NCBI GenBank assembly: GCA_963702475.1
Contig: CAVPCT010000006.1
Location: 64,001 to 128,000, forward strand
Direction: 5' to 3'
DNA length: 64,000 nt
From: an uncultured Thermoleophilia bacterium
Lineage (GTDB): Bacteria > Actinomycetota > Thermoleophilia > UBA2241
The notes below the pieces were generated by a model that saw only the letters and a program-made list of their open reading frames with translations, was not told the origin of the DNA and made no database searches. Position numbers and translations under genes: made by a program. Positions 21,485-30,819 of the stretch are shown here, in pieces. Positions within the stretch are counted from its first letter, which is position 1. Each line of letters opens with the position of its first letter.

Positions 21485-23937
21485 CCTTCACCCACCATTC
21501 CGCCGTGACGGTCGACCACGCCGCGGAGCTGCTCTCCACGTGCGGCGACGGTGCCCGCCTCGTGGCGGGCGGCACCGACGTGCTCGGCGTCGTCAAGGAC
21601 CGCGTGCACTCGCAGGGTCCATCGGCCCTCATCGACCTCAAGCGCGTACCCGGCTTGGACGGCATCGAGGAGCGCGAGGGCGGCCTCGTCCTCGGCAGCA
21701 TGGTACGGCTGTGTGAGATCGAGCGACACCCTCTCGTGCGCGAGGGCTACCCTGCCCTCGCCGCGGCCGCTCACGCCGCGGCCTCGCCTCAGCTGCGCGC
21801 GATGGGCACTCTGGGCGGCAACCTCTGCCAGGAGCCGCGCTGCTGGTACTACCGCGCCGCCGATGACAGCTTCCACTGCACGCGCAAGGGCGGACGCTAC
21901 TGCAACGCCTTCACCGGGGACAGCCGCTATCACTCCGTGGCCGGCTCAATGAAGGTGATCACGCGACCCTGCACCGCCGCCTGCCCCGGCGAGGTGGAGA
22001 TCCCCGAGTACCTCGAGCTGCTGCGCGCCGGGGACGCGGACGGCGCGGCGCGGCGCCTGCTCGCGCGCAACGCGCTGCCGGCGGTGACTGGTCGCGTGTG
22101 CCCGCACGCGTGCGAGGGCGACTGCAACCGTGGTCTCTTCGATGAGGCCGTCTCCATCCGCGAGGTGGAGCGGCACCTCGGCGACCGTGTGCTCGAGTGC
22201 GTCGAGCTTCTGGGCGAGCCGGCGCCGCCGTCTGGCCGACGCGTGGCCGTGGTGGGCTCAGGGCCCGCCGGTCTCTCGGCGGCGTACTACCTGCGGTTAC
22301 ACGGTCACGGCGTCACCGTGTTCGAGCGCGCCGACCGACCGGGCGGCATGCTGCGTTACGGCATCCCTGAGTACCGCCTGCCGCGGGAGGTGCTTGAGCG
22401 CACCATCTCGTCGCTCGAGGGCCTCGGCGTGGAGATTCGCACCTGCATGTCCTTGGGGAGCTCGCTGGACCTGGGCGCCCTCCGCGCCGAGTTCGACCGC
22501 GTGTTCATCGGCATCGGGGCTTGGGGCCTGCCGCGCATCGGGCTCGAGACGGAGGATGAGCTGCTCGCCGGCCTCGAGTTCCTCTCGGCTGTAGCCGAGG
22601 GCGAGCGGCGGGTGCCGGGTCCCCGCGTACTCGTCATCGGGGGCGGCAGTGTGGCCATGGACGTGGCCGTCACGGCACGGCGCCTCGGCGCCGAGCAGGT
22701 CACGGTCGCCTGCCTCGAGACCTGCGAGGAGATGCCCGCCCTGCTGGAGGAGCTGGAAGGCGCAGTGGCCGAGGGCATCGAGCTGGTGCCGTCCTGCGGC
22801 CCGTCCAGGGTGCTGCGCCGCGATGCGCGCGTGACCGGCATGGAGCTCGTGCGCTGCACTTCGGTGTTCGACGAACAAGCGTGCTTCGCGCCGACCTTCG
22901 ACGAGAGCAGCCGTTTTGTCATTGAGGCCGACGAGGTGATTCTCGCCGTTGGCCAGCGCGTACAGGGGGACTTGCTTGCGGCCGCCGGTCTGCAGCCGGA
23001 GGGCGGCCGCCTGCTGGCCGACCCCGTCACGCAGCGCACTACGGCCGACGATGTGTACGCCGGCGGCGATGTAGCGACAGGACCGTCCACCGTGATCGCC
23101 GCCATCGGCGCCGGCCGGCGAGCGGCCGAAGCGATCCATGGCGATCTCAGACGTGAGACTGACGGCCGCTGGCACAGCACCCCCGCCCCCGGATCGGCTT
23201 GCCGCGGCGTCGACCCCGACACCGACGACGAGCACTGCTTCCAGCCCTTCGACCCCTCGTGCGCAAGCCCCTTGCCACGCTACGACCCCGCTCTCGTTCC
23301 GCCAGAGGATCGCTCCATCTGCGACGAGGATACCTGCACCGTCGGGGAGCCTGTCGCGCTTGCTGAAGCTGGGCGCTGCTTCAACTGCGGCTGCATCGCC
23401 GTCAGCGCTTCCGACCTCGCGCCGGTCCTTGTCGCGCTCGACGCGAGCGTGGTCACCACCGAGCGCGAGATCGCCGCTGCCGATTTCTTCGCCGTCGGCC
23501 CGACAACGTCGACGGTGCTGCGCCCCGGAGAGGTGGCCCTCGAGGTGCGCCTGCCGGCGCCGAACGCTACACGAGCCGCCTACGAGAAGTATCGCTTGCG
23601 CAACGCGATTGACTTCCCCATCATCTCGGCCGCCGTTGCGCTGCGCGTCGAAGAGAGGAGGGTGGCAGACGCTCGCGTCGTCCTTGGGGCGGCCGCGCCG
23701 GTGCCCCTGCGCGCAGCCGCGATTGAGGACGCTCTCCGTGGGCTCGACGTCTCTCCTGAGGAATTGGCCCAGGCGGCTCGGGTGGCGGCGGCTGAGTGGG
23801 CGGCCGCCTGCGCGCCGCTCCCGGCCAACGCGTACAAGCTGACGATCGCCGCGGCCGTGGTAGCGCGTGCGACGGAACGAGCGGCGCTCCTGCACGATTC
23901 GTCCGGAGCCCTCCCCATGTCGGGCGCAGAGCGGTGA
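21481..23937 (+). CDS. Mo-hydroxylase FAD subunit (PaoB/CoxM-like) with an inserted GltD-like Fe-S/pyridine-nucleotide oxidoreductase module
   Basis: AGGTD..ASPQLRAMGTLGGNLCQEPRCWYYR; then PCTAACP..GRVCPHACEGDC..GSGPAG..YGIPEYRLP..GGGSVAMD..AGGD..EAGRCFNCG; then CIAVSASDLAP..NAYK. Confidence 0.88.
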   Translation: MTFTHHSAVTVDHAAELLSTCGDGARLVAGGTDVLGVVKDRVHSQGPSALIDLKRVPGLDGIEEREGGLVLGSMVRLCEIERHPLVREGYPALAAAAHAAASPQLRAMGTLGGNLCQEPRCWYYRAADDSFHCTRKGGRYCNAFTGDSRYHSVAGSMKVITRPCTAACPGEVEIPEYLELLRAGDADGAARRLLARNALPAVTGRVCPHACEGDCNRGLFDEAVSIREVERHLGDRVLECVELLGEPAPPSGRRVAVVGSGPAGLSAAYYLRLHGHGVTVFERADRPGGMLRYGIPEYRLPREVLERTISSLEGLGVEIRTCMSLGSSLDLGALRAEFDRVFIGIGAWGLPRIGLETEDELLAGLEFLSAVAEGERRVPGPRVLVIGGGSVAMDVAVTARRLGAEQVTVACLETCEEMPALLEELEGAVAEGIELVPSCGPSRVLRRDARVTGMELVRCTSVFDEQACFAPTFDESSRFVIEADEVILAVGQRVQGDLLAAAGLQPEGGRLLADPVTQRTTADDVYAGGDVATGPSTVIAAIGAGRRAAEAIHGDLRRETDGRWHSTPAPGSACRGVDPDTDDEHCFQPFDPSCASPLPRYDPALVPPEDRSICDEDTCTVGEPVALAEAGRCFNCGCIAVSASDLAPVLVALDASVVTTEREIAAADFFAVGPTTSTVLRPGEVALEVRLPAPNATRAAYEKYRLRNAIDFPIISAAVALRVEERRVADARVVLGAAAPVPLRAAAIEDALRGLDVSPEELAQAARVAAAEWAAACAPLPANAYKLTIAAAVVARATERAALLHDSSGALPMSGAER

Positions 23938-25772
23938 GCGCGCCACGGGGCCTCTCACCGGCGCGGGGTCTGAGGGTCGACGTCGGATCGGGACGCGCCG
24001 AGCGTGAGGAGCTGGACCCGGAGGTTGTGAGGAGCTTCCTCGGTGGTCGCGGTTTCGGCGCCTACCTGCTGCTGCGCGAGCGGGCACACGAGGTGGACCC
24101 GCTCTCTCCCGAGAACCCGTTGATCTTCGCGCCCGGGCCGCTGACCGGCACGAGGGCGCCCTCTGCCGGCCGCTACAGCGCCAGCGCCCGGTCGCCGCTC
24201 ACCGGGACGGCCTTCGATGGGAACTCCGGCGGCGCGTTCGGAATCGCCCTGCGCCGCCTCGGCCTCGAGTACCTCATTCTCACCGGCGCCTGCGACACGC
24301 CGTCCTACCTCGTGATCGACGAGCACGGCGCGAAGGTGCTCTCGGCGAAGGCACTGTGGGGTCTCGAGGTGCCGGCCGCCCACGCTCGCATCAAGGAGCT
24401 TCACGGTCGCTGTGAGGCCAGCGTGATCGGGCCGGCCGGGGAGCGAGGCGTGCTGTTCGCCTCCATCGTCAACAACCACGGACGCCATCTGGGTCGCGGC
24501 GGGTTGGGCACGGTCATGGGCGCGAAGCGCCTCAAGGCGATCGTGGCGCTGCCCGGCGAGCATCCACTGCCCGCGCCGGCCGACCCTGAGCTTTTCGACT
24601 TCGTCGTCTACGAGGCGCAGAAGATCCTCAGAGCGAACCCGATCACGAGTCAGGCTCTGCCCCAGTTCGGGACGCCGGTTCTGGTCAACGTGCTCAACGA
24701 GGCCGGAGCGCTGCCCACCCGCAACTTCCGCGAATCGCGCTTCGAGCACGCTCAGTCGGTCAGCGGCGAGGCGCTGCGCGCGGGCTTCGTGGAGAAGCGA
24801 ACGAGCTGCTCCGGGTGTTTCATCGGCTGCACCCGCCGCACGCGCAGCAGCACGAGTCGGGGCGAGGGACCGGAGTACGAGACCATATGGGCCTTCGGCC
24901 CGGCTTGCGGCGTGGGCGACCTTGACGCAATCGTCCGCGCCAACTACGCCTGCAACCGGGCCGGCATCGACACCATCTCCATGGGCTCGACCATCGCGTG
25001 TGCCATGGAACTGACAGAGCTGGGAGTGCTGGAGGGCGGCCCGCGGTTCGGCGACGGGGAGGCGCTGCTGCGTCTCGTCGCCGAGACGGCGGAGCGGCGC
25101 GATCTGGGGGCGGAGCTGGGCGACGGATCGTCACGGTTCGCGCGCCGCTACGGACATCCGGAACTCTCCATGAGCGTGAAGTCCCTCGAAATGCCTGCCT
25201 ACGACCCCCGAGCGATGAGTGGTCAGGGTCTCGCGTTCGCCACGTCGAACCGTGGAGCGTGTCACCTTCGCGCAAACATGCTGGGCCCGGAAGTCCTGGG
25301 CGTGCCCAAGATGATCGATCCGTTCGCGACCCGAGGTAAGGCGGGCCTGCTCATCTACATCCAGCATCTCAACGCCGTGCTCGACTCCCTCGTCGAATGC
25401 AAGTTCACAGCGTTCGCGATCAAGGAGGACTACTTCGCGAGGCTGCTGAGCGCAATGTGGGGCGTCACAGTCGATCCGCAGGAGCTCGTGCGCATCGGCG
25501 AACGCATCTGGCATGCGGAGCGCGTGTTCAACATGCGCGTCGGCTTCGGACGCGCCGACGACACGCTGCCGCCGAGATTGCTCACTGAGCCCGTCTGCGA
25601 CGGTCCAGCCGCGGGACGGGTCGTCGACCTTGAACCCATGCTCGATGAGTACTACACGGCGCGGGGATGGGATGCGGAGGGCGTGCCGGCGGCCCGGAAG
25701 CTTGAAGAGCTGGACCTCGCGTGGGCGGGCACGCCACGTGGCGCCGCGCCGGGGGCAAGGGGGTCCTCGTGA
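23934..25772 (+). CDS. Aldehyde:ferredoxin oxidoreductase family (tungsten-type AOR)
   Basis: LGGRG, GPLTGT, RSPLTG, GRGGLGTVMGAKRLKAI, CSGCFIGC, EGPEYET, DTISMG, AYDPR, RGACH, DDTLPPR. Confidence 0.93.
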   Translation: MSAPRGLSPARGLRVDVGSGRAEREELDPEVVRSFLGGRGFGAYLLLRERAHEVDPLSPENPLIFAPGPLTGTRAPSAGRYSASARSPLTGTAFDGNSGGAFGIALRRLGLEYLILTGACDTPSYLVIDEHGAKVLSAKALWGLEVPAAHARIKELHGRCEASVIGPAGERGVLFASIVNNHGRHLGRGGLGTVMGAKRLKAIVALPGEHPLPAPADPELFDFVVYEAQKILRANPITSQALPQFGTPVLVNVLNEAGALPTRNFRESRFEHAQSVSGEALRAGFVEKRTSCSGCFIGCTRRTRSSTSRGEGPEYETIWAFGPACGVGDLDAIVRANYACNRAGIDTISMGSTIACAMELTELGVLEGGPRFGDGEALLRLVAETAERRDLGAELGDGSSRFARRYGHPELSMSVKSLEMPAYDPRAMSGQGLAFATSNRGACHLRANMLGPEVLGVPKMIDPFATRGKAGLLIYIQHLNAVLDSLVECKFTAFAIKEDYFARLLSAMWGVTVDPQELVRIGERIWHAERVFNMRVGFGRADDTLPPRLLTEPVCDGPAAGRVVDLEPMLDEYYTARGWDAEGVPAARKLEELDLAWAGTPRGAAPGARGSS

Positions 25773-26365
25773 TTGCCGAGTTCGCGCGCATCGGCCGGGA
25801 CCTCTTCGCGGCGAACCTGATCAGTTCACACGGCGGCAACATGAGCATCAGGGTCGGTAGCCGCATCCTCATAACGCGGCGTGGCTGCATGCTGCACCAC
25901 CTGCAGGAACGCGACATCGTAGAGGTGGGGCTGGAAGAGGTAGACTCGGGCGTGGCCATGGCATCGACTGAGACGGTCGTGCACAGGGCCATCTACCAAG
26001 CGACTTCTGCGCTTGCGATCCTCCACGCGCATCCCGTCAACGCGATCGTGCACTCACTGAGCAAGGATGAGATCGTGCCTATCGACTCGGAGGGGAGCTA
26101 CCTTCTGCACCGCGTGCCGGTCGTCGCCTCGGAGCTCACGGCAGGCTCCACGCAAGTGGCCGATCTCATGGCGCATTGGCTCAAGCAATACGACATTGTC
26201 ATGCTGCGCGGACACGGATCGTTCGCGGTCGGTCATCTGCTCGAGGAGGCGTTTCAGTTGACGAGCGCGCTGGAGACGTCGTGCTCGATTCTGACCATCG
26301 CGGAGGGCTTGGGCGTCAGCGTCAAGGAGTACAGGAAGGGCAGCGAGCGGTACCGCAGCTGGTAG
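25769..26365 (+). CDS. Class II aldolase/adducin family protein (FucA-like)
   Basis: GGNMS, ASTETVVHRAIY, HAHP, RGHG. Confidence 0.88.
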   Translation: MIAEFARIGRDLFAANLISSHGGNMSIRVGSRILITRRGCMLHHLQERDIVEVGLEEVDSGVAMASTETVVHRAIYQATSALAILHAHPVNAIVHSLSKDEIVPIDSEGSYLLHRVPVVASELTAGSTQVADLMAHWLKQYDIVMLRGHGSFAVGHLLEEAFQLTSALETSCSILTIAEGLGVSVKEYRKGSERYRSW

Positions 26366-26454
26366 GAAGTCGGCATGCGGCCAGCGGTGGCGGCGTACCG
26401 GCCCTCGCGGGGGCGTGGCCCGCAGGCGGCCGCGGCCCAGGCGGCGCAGCACCG

Positions 26455-26772
26455 CAGAAGCTCGAACGCGTGGCGCCTGTCAGTCAGGCGCTCCCGGTCC
26501 TGTCCGCGGCCGTCGACCTTAGTGTCGAGGACGGCCGCGTCGCGGACGCCCGGGTGGTGCTGGGGGCGGCCGCGCCGGTGCCGTTGCGCGCGGAGGTGGT
26601 GGAGCAGGCCCTGTGCGGACTGGAGGTGAGCGCCGAGACGCTGGGCGCGGCGGCGCGGGCGGCGGCGGCGCGGTGGGCCGCCGCCTGCACGCCCCTCCCG
26701 GCGAACGCCTACAAGGTCAAGGTGGCGGCGGCGCTGCTGGCGCGCGCCGTGGAACGGGCCGCGCGCGCCTGA
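26455..26772 (+). pseudogene. Orphan C-terminal fragment of a CoxM-type FAD subunit, a diverged paralog of ~23600-23890
   Basis: LPVLSAAVDLSVEDGRVADARVVLGAAAPVPLRA...PLPANAYKVKVAAALLARAVERAA versus FPIISAAVALRVEERRVADARVVLGAAAPVPLRA...PLPANAYKLTIAAAVVARATERAA; no N-terminal FAD domain and no clear start. Confidence 0.8.
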
Positions 26773-26779
26773 CCACACG

Positions 26780-27124
26780 TCAGAAGCTCAGGATCCACAG
26801 CGCCTGGTAGACGACCACGGCGGCGAAGATGCCCGCGAGCAGCACCGCCGCGAAAAGGGCCACGCGGTGGCGCCTCAGGCGCCACAGGAGAAGCGTGCCC
26901 ACGGTGACGATGCCGATCTTGAACGCCGTCGACGGCACGGTCCCCGAGCGGAAGAAGTAGTCCATCACCCCGTTGGACTCCTTGGCGAAGCCGAGCCAGA
27001 GCGCATACCGCGTCAGCAGCAGGTCGGCGACGTTGAGGACCCAGAGCTCCACGAGCGTCCACAGAAGGACGGCCTGTCCGAACGGACCGAGGAGCGGCGC
27101 ATGACGGCGCCTCCAGCCGGCCAT
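26780..27124 (-). CDS. Small membrane protein (DUF5658-like)
   Basis: LNVADLLLT..ESNGVM..FK pattern with 3-4 hydrophobic segments; ATG overlaps the upstream stop. Confidence 0.6.
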   Translation of the reverse strand: MAGWRRRHAPLLGPFGQAVLLWTLVELWVLNVADLLLTRYALWLGFAKESNGVMDYFFRSGTVPSTAFKIGIVTVGTLLLWRLRRHRVALFAAVLLAGIFAAVVVYQALWILSF

Positions 27125-28314
27125 CACTCGGCCCCCGTCGTGTGGCGATGGACGGCGGCCGGCGAGCGCCCGCTCGAGACGGCGGGCGACGCGGCGGCGG
27201 ACGTGACGAGAGCGCCGGCGGACGCAGTCGGGCCGGCAGTCACCTCGGCCGTCTGCAGGTAGCTGTCGAACAGGAAACCGGGGCTCACACGCCAGGCGGC
27301 GACGGCCCCGCTCGCGTAGACGTCGGTCGGCGGCGCGCCCGAGAGGATGGCCACCACGAACGGCGCCCTCTCGCTCAGCCGCACCCCCAGTACGCGCGGC
27401 TCTCCTGCCGGCGGGCTCTCGGCCCACACGACGAGGTCGCCTCCGCCGGCCACGCAGAGGACGCCGGCGGTGGACGCGAGCACGTGGGTGGCGCCGGTGT
27501 CCACGTCGAACGCGACGATCTGGCCCGGCGTGCCGGGCCCGGCGTCGCGCGCCCAGACGAGGCGGCGGCCGGCGACGGCGAAGCCCACCAGCCGGGTGCC
27601 GCTCCCGGCCGTGTACGGCGCCATCTGTCGCCGGGCTCCGGAGCGCACATCGGCCACGGTGATGACCGGCGGCTCGGCGGTGGCGGGCCGGCTCAGCCAC
27701 GCCGCCAGATCGCCGCCGGCGACGAGGTCCTCCGCCACGGGGCTCTCAGCGATGACCCTGCGCTCGCCGCTGTCGAGATCGGCGCCCACGATGCGGTACC
27801 CGCCTCCCTGCCCCAGCCCGGTCGCCCAGACGGCGACGGAGCCGGCCAGCACCGGCGAGCGCCCGACGCCCTCCGTCCCCTCGAGCTGCACGCGGCGCTT
27901 GCTCACGGTGTCGTAGACCCACACCACGCTGGGGCCCTGGTAGTGCACGTCCAACCACGTGACGTACCGGGCCGCTATCGACGGTGCTGAGAGGTCGCCG
28001 GCGAACGCCCGGGCTCCGAGCAGCTTGCTGTCGCCGCCGGCGAGGTCGGTGAGGACGGTGAAGGGGCCCGCGTTCCAGACGATGTGGCCGGGCCCCAGAG
28101 CCGCGGCGCCGAGCCCGAGCCCGTGCGACGTGCTGATGCGCCAACCGTCACCCGTCGTGATCACCTGCGGCCGCCACGTCACGCGCGTCTGCTCGAGGGC
28201 GAAGCCGGCGGCGCCCACGGCCGCTCCCACGGCCAGCACCGCGAGGGAGACGATGAGGGCGCGCAGGCGCGACACCCGCCGCCCGGGCGCCGGGCTGCTC
28301 AGCTCGTCCGGCAC
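27124..28314 (-). CDS. Hypothetical membrane-anchored protein, probably with beta-propeller-like repeats
   Basis: N-terminal TM helix; repeated (V/A)W...D..(S/T)G units; good codon usage and operon coupling. Confidence 0.65.
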   Translation of the reverse strand: MPDELSSPAPGRRVSRLRALIVSLAVLAVGAAVGAAGFALEQTRVTWRPQVITTGDGWRISTSHGLGLGAAALGPGHIVWNAGPFTVLTDLAGGDSKLLGARAFAGDLSAPSIAARYVTWLDVHYQGPSVVWVYDTVSKRRVQLEGTEGVGRSPVLAGSVAVWATGLGQGGGYRIVGADLDSGERRVIAESPVAEDLVAGGDLAAWLSRPATAEPPVITVADVRSGARRQMAPYTAGSGTRLVGFAVAGRRLVWARDAGPGTPGQIVAFDVDTGATHVLASTAGVLCVAGGGDLVVWAESPPAGEPRVLGVRLSERAPFVVAILSGAPPTDVYASGAVAAWRVSPGFLFDSYLQTAEVTAGPTASAGALVTSAAASPAVSSGRSPAAVHRHTTGAE

Positions 28315-29447
28315 AGGTGAAGCAGGTCGGCGTACACGCCGTAGGCCGTCTGGGGCAGGAGGGCGTTGCGCTCGCAGACGACCACGTCGCCCATGAGGTC
28401 GGTGTGCAGCACCACGCCGAGCGACTCGCCGGTGAGGGGAGCCAGCGGGTGGTCGATGTCGAGCTCTTCGGCACGGACGCAGGCGCGCACGGGGCCAACG
28501 GGCGTGGTCTCGGCGGCGCCGGCGGGCGAAGCCGGCCCGGCCTCATCCCTCCACACGTGCGTCACCATCCGCAGCCGGCGCCCGGCGGCGCGCGCCGCCG
28601 CCATCCTCGCCGCCGGTACCTCGCGCAGGCGCTGCCGCTCCACCTGCGCGGGCGTGATTCCGGCGTCCATGGCGACGTTCGCGAGGGCGGCCGCCTTGCA
28701 CGCCGCGTCCCAGCCGTCCACATCGTGGGCCGGGTCGGCCTCGGCGTATCCCTCCGCCTGGGCGTGCGCCAGCGCCGCCTCGAACGAGCCTCCCGCGGCC
28801 ATGCTCTCGACGATCACGTTGGTCGTGGCGTTGAACACGGCCTCGAACCCCAGGAGACGGCAGTCCGGCAGAACGAGCTCGAGCAGACTGAAGACCGGCA
28901 GACCGTCCATCACGGTGCTCTCGAAACGCAGGCGGCGGCCCGCGGCGAGCGCCGCCGCCGAGACGCGCCGCCAGTTCCAGGCGATCGGCCCCTTGTTGGC
29001 GGTCACCACATCCATGCCGAGGGCGAACGCTGTCTCGATGTGTCCTGAGGCCGCCGGCGCGAAGTCCTGCTCCATCACCGTGAGCTCGATCAGCACGTCG
29101 GCGCGGGAGGAGGCGAGCAGATCGCCGGCGGCGCGCGGCGGGCTCGGCAGGCCTCCGTCCGCGGCGGCGAGCACGTCCTGCGACGGCACGCCGCCGGGCG
29201 CGACGAACGTTCCGTGCCGCGTTCCGGCTGCGGTCACCAGCACCCGCAGGCCGTGCCGCTCGGCCAGCACCTGTTCCTGGCGCGCGAGCAGCTCGCAGAA
29301 CGCGCGCGCCACACTGCCGAAGCCGAGCAGGCAGAGGCGTACGTCGCGGACGGGGGCAGGGTCGCATGACCACTGCGACTCGCGGTCGCCTGCAGCGCTA
29401 TGCCCCGGCGGTGCGGCCCCCGGCCCCGGACCGCCCGCCTCGCTCAT
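28299..29447 (-). CDS. hom: Homoserine dehydrogenase
   Basis: LGFGSVA, VTANKGP, FESTVMDGLPV, NATTN, GYAEADPAHDVDGWDAACK. Confidence 0.9.
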   Translation of the reverse strand: MSEAGGPGPGAAPPGHSAAGDRESQWSCDPAPVRDVRLCLLGFGSVARAFCELLARQEQVLAERHGLRVLVTAAGTRHGTFVAPGGVPSQDVLAAADGGLPSPPRAAGDLLASSRADVLIELTVMEQDFAPAASGHIETAFALGMDVVTANKGPIAWNWRRVSAAALAAGRRLRFESTVMDGLPVFSLLELVLPDCRLLGFEAVFNATTNVIVESMAAGGSFEAALAHAQAEGYAEADPAHDVDGWDAACKAAALANVAMDAGITPAQVERQRLREVPAARMAAARAAGRRLRMVTHVWRDEAGPASPAGAAETTPVGPVRACVRAEELDIDHPLAPLTGESLGVVLHTDLMGDVVVCERNALLPQTAYGVYADLLHLCRTS

Positions 29448-30714
29448 CTCACCGAGCGCGAGAGCTCGCCCACGGCGGTCACGAGGCGCTCGATCTCGGC
29501 GGCCGTGTTGTACGGGGCGAGGCCTATGCGGATGAGGCCGCCGCGGTCCAGCAGGTTCAGCTTCTGCACGAGGCGAAAGGCGTAGAAGTGCCCGTCCCAG
29601 GCGAAGATGCCGCGGGCGCCGAGGGCCCGGCAGGCCTGCTCGGCGCTGAAGCCGTCCAGCGTGAACGAGACGGTGGATGTGCGCGGGCTCGCCTCCGGCG
29701 GCCCGTACAGCGTGACGCCGGGCACGGCCCGGAGCTGCTCGCGCAGCCGGGCCGCCAGGGGCTGCTCGTACGCCTCCGCCGCCAGCATGCCGGCCACGAT
29801 GTCGCGCCGCCGCCCGCTCAGGCCGGCCGGCACTCTGTCTTGCACGAAGCGCCGTTGCGAGCTCCCACGGCGGCGATGAAGTCGACGGCCGCCGCCGTGC
29901 CGGCGATGCCCTCGTGGTCGAGCGTGCCCGTCTCCCAGATGTACGGCTGCTCCTGCTCCTGCGTGGCCAGACGCACCGGTTCCACGCGGTCGGTCACGGC
30001 TCGGCGCGCGTAGAGCACGCCCACGTGCGGCCCGAAGAACTTGTAGGCGGAGCAGAGCAGGAAGTCGCAGTCGATCGCGCGCACGTCGATCGGGCCGTGC
30101 AGCGCGTAGTGCACCGCGTCGATCACGCTGAAGGCGCCGGCGGAGCGTGCGAGGCGCGCGGCACGAGCCACGTCGTTGACGGTGCCCACGGCGTTGGAGG
30201 CGTACCCGACGGCGACGATCATGGTCTTGCCGGGCCTCACGATCCGCTCGAAGGCGTCCCAGTCGAGCGTGCAGGTGGCGAGGTCGACGGGGACCTCGTG
30301 GATCACGACGTCCCGCTCGGCGAGCCGCAGCCACGGACCCCGGTTGGCTTCGTGGTCGAGTGCCGTGATGACCACCTCGTCGCCGGACTTGAGCTCGCGG
30401 CCGAGGGCGTCCGCGAGGAGGAAGTTGAGCGTGGTCATGTTTGCGCCGAAGCTGACCTCGCTCCAGTCGCAGCCCAGGAAGTCGCCGCAGGCGCGGCGGG
30501 CGCCGTCGATGATCTCGTCGGTCTCGGCGCTGGCGGCGAAGCAGCCGTGCACGTTGCTGTTGTGGCCGAGCAGGTAGCCGGCCACCGCGTCTGCCACGCA
30601 CTGGGGCGTCTGCGTGCCGCCGGGGGCGTCGAAGTAGGCCACGGGGTGGCCGTCGACCGTCCTCTTGAGGGCCGGGAACTGCCTGCGCACGTAGGCGACG
30701 TCGAACTGCGGCAT
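29444..30714 (-). CDS. Cysteine desulfurase-like protein (aminotransferase class V); frameshift at ~29852
   Basis: VRRQFPAL, FDAPGGTQ, LDHEAN, DAVHYA, CSAYKFFGPH, ETGT; the C-terminus (GHFYA, IRIGLAPYNT) is in another frame. Confidence 0.88.
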
Positions 30715-30819
30715 GCTCACCTCTCGGACTCATCCGGGCCCCGCTCCGGTCGCGGCCCTGCCGTCAAGTGTACTCCGCCGTCGTGCAGGACGAGGCCGGA
30801 TAGGGCAGGATGGTAGGGC

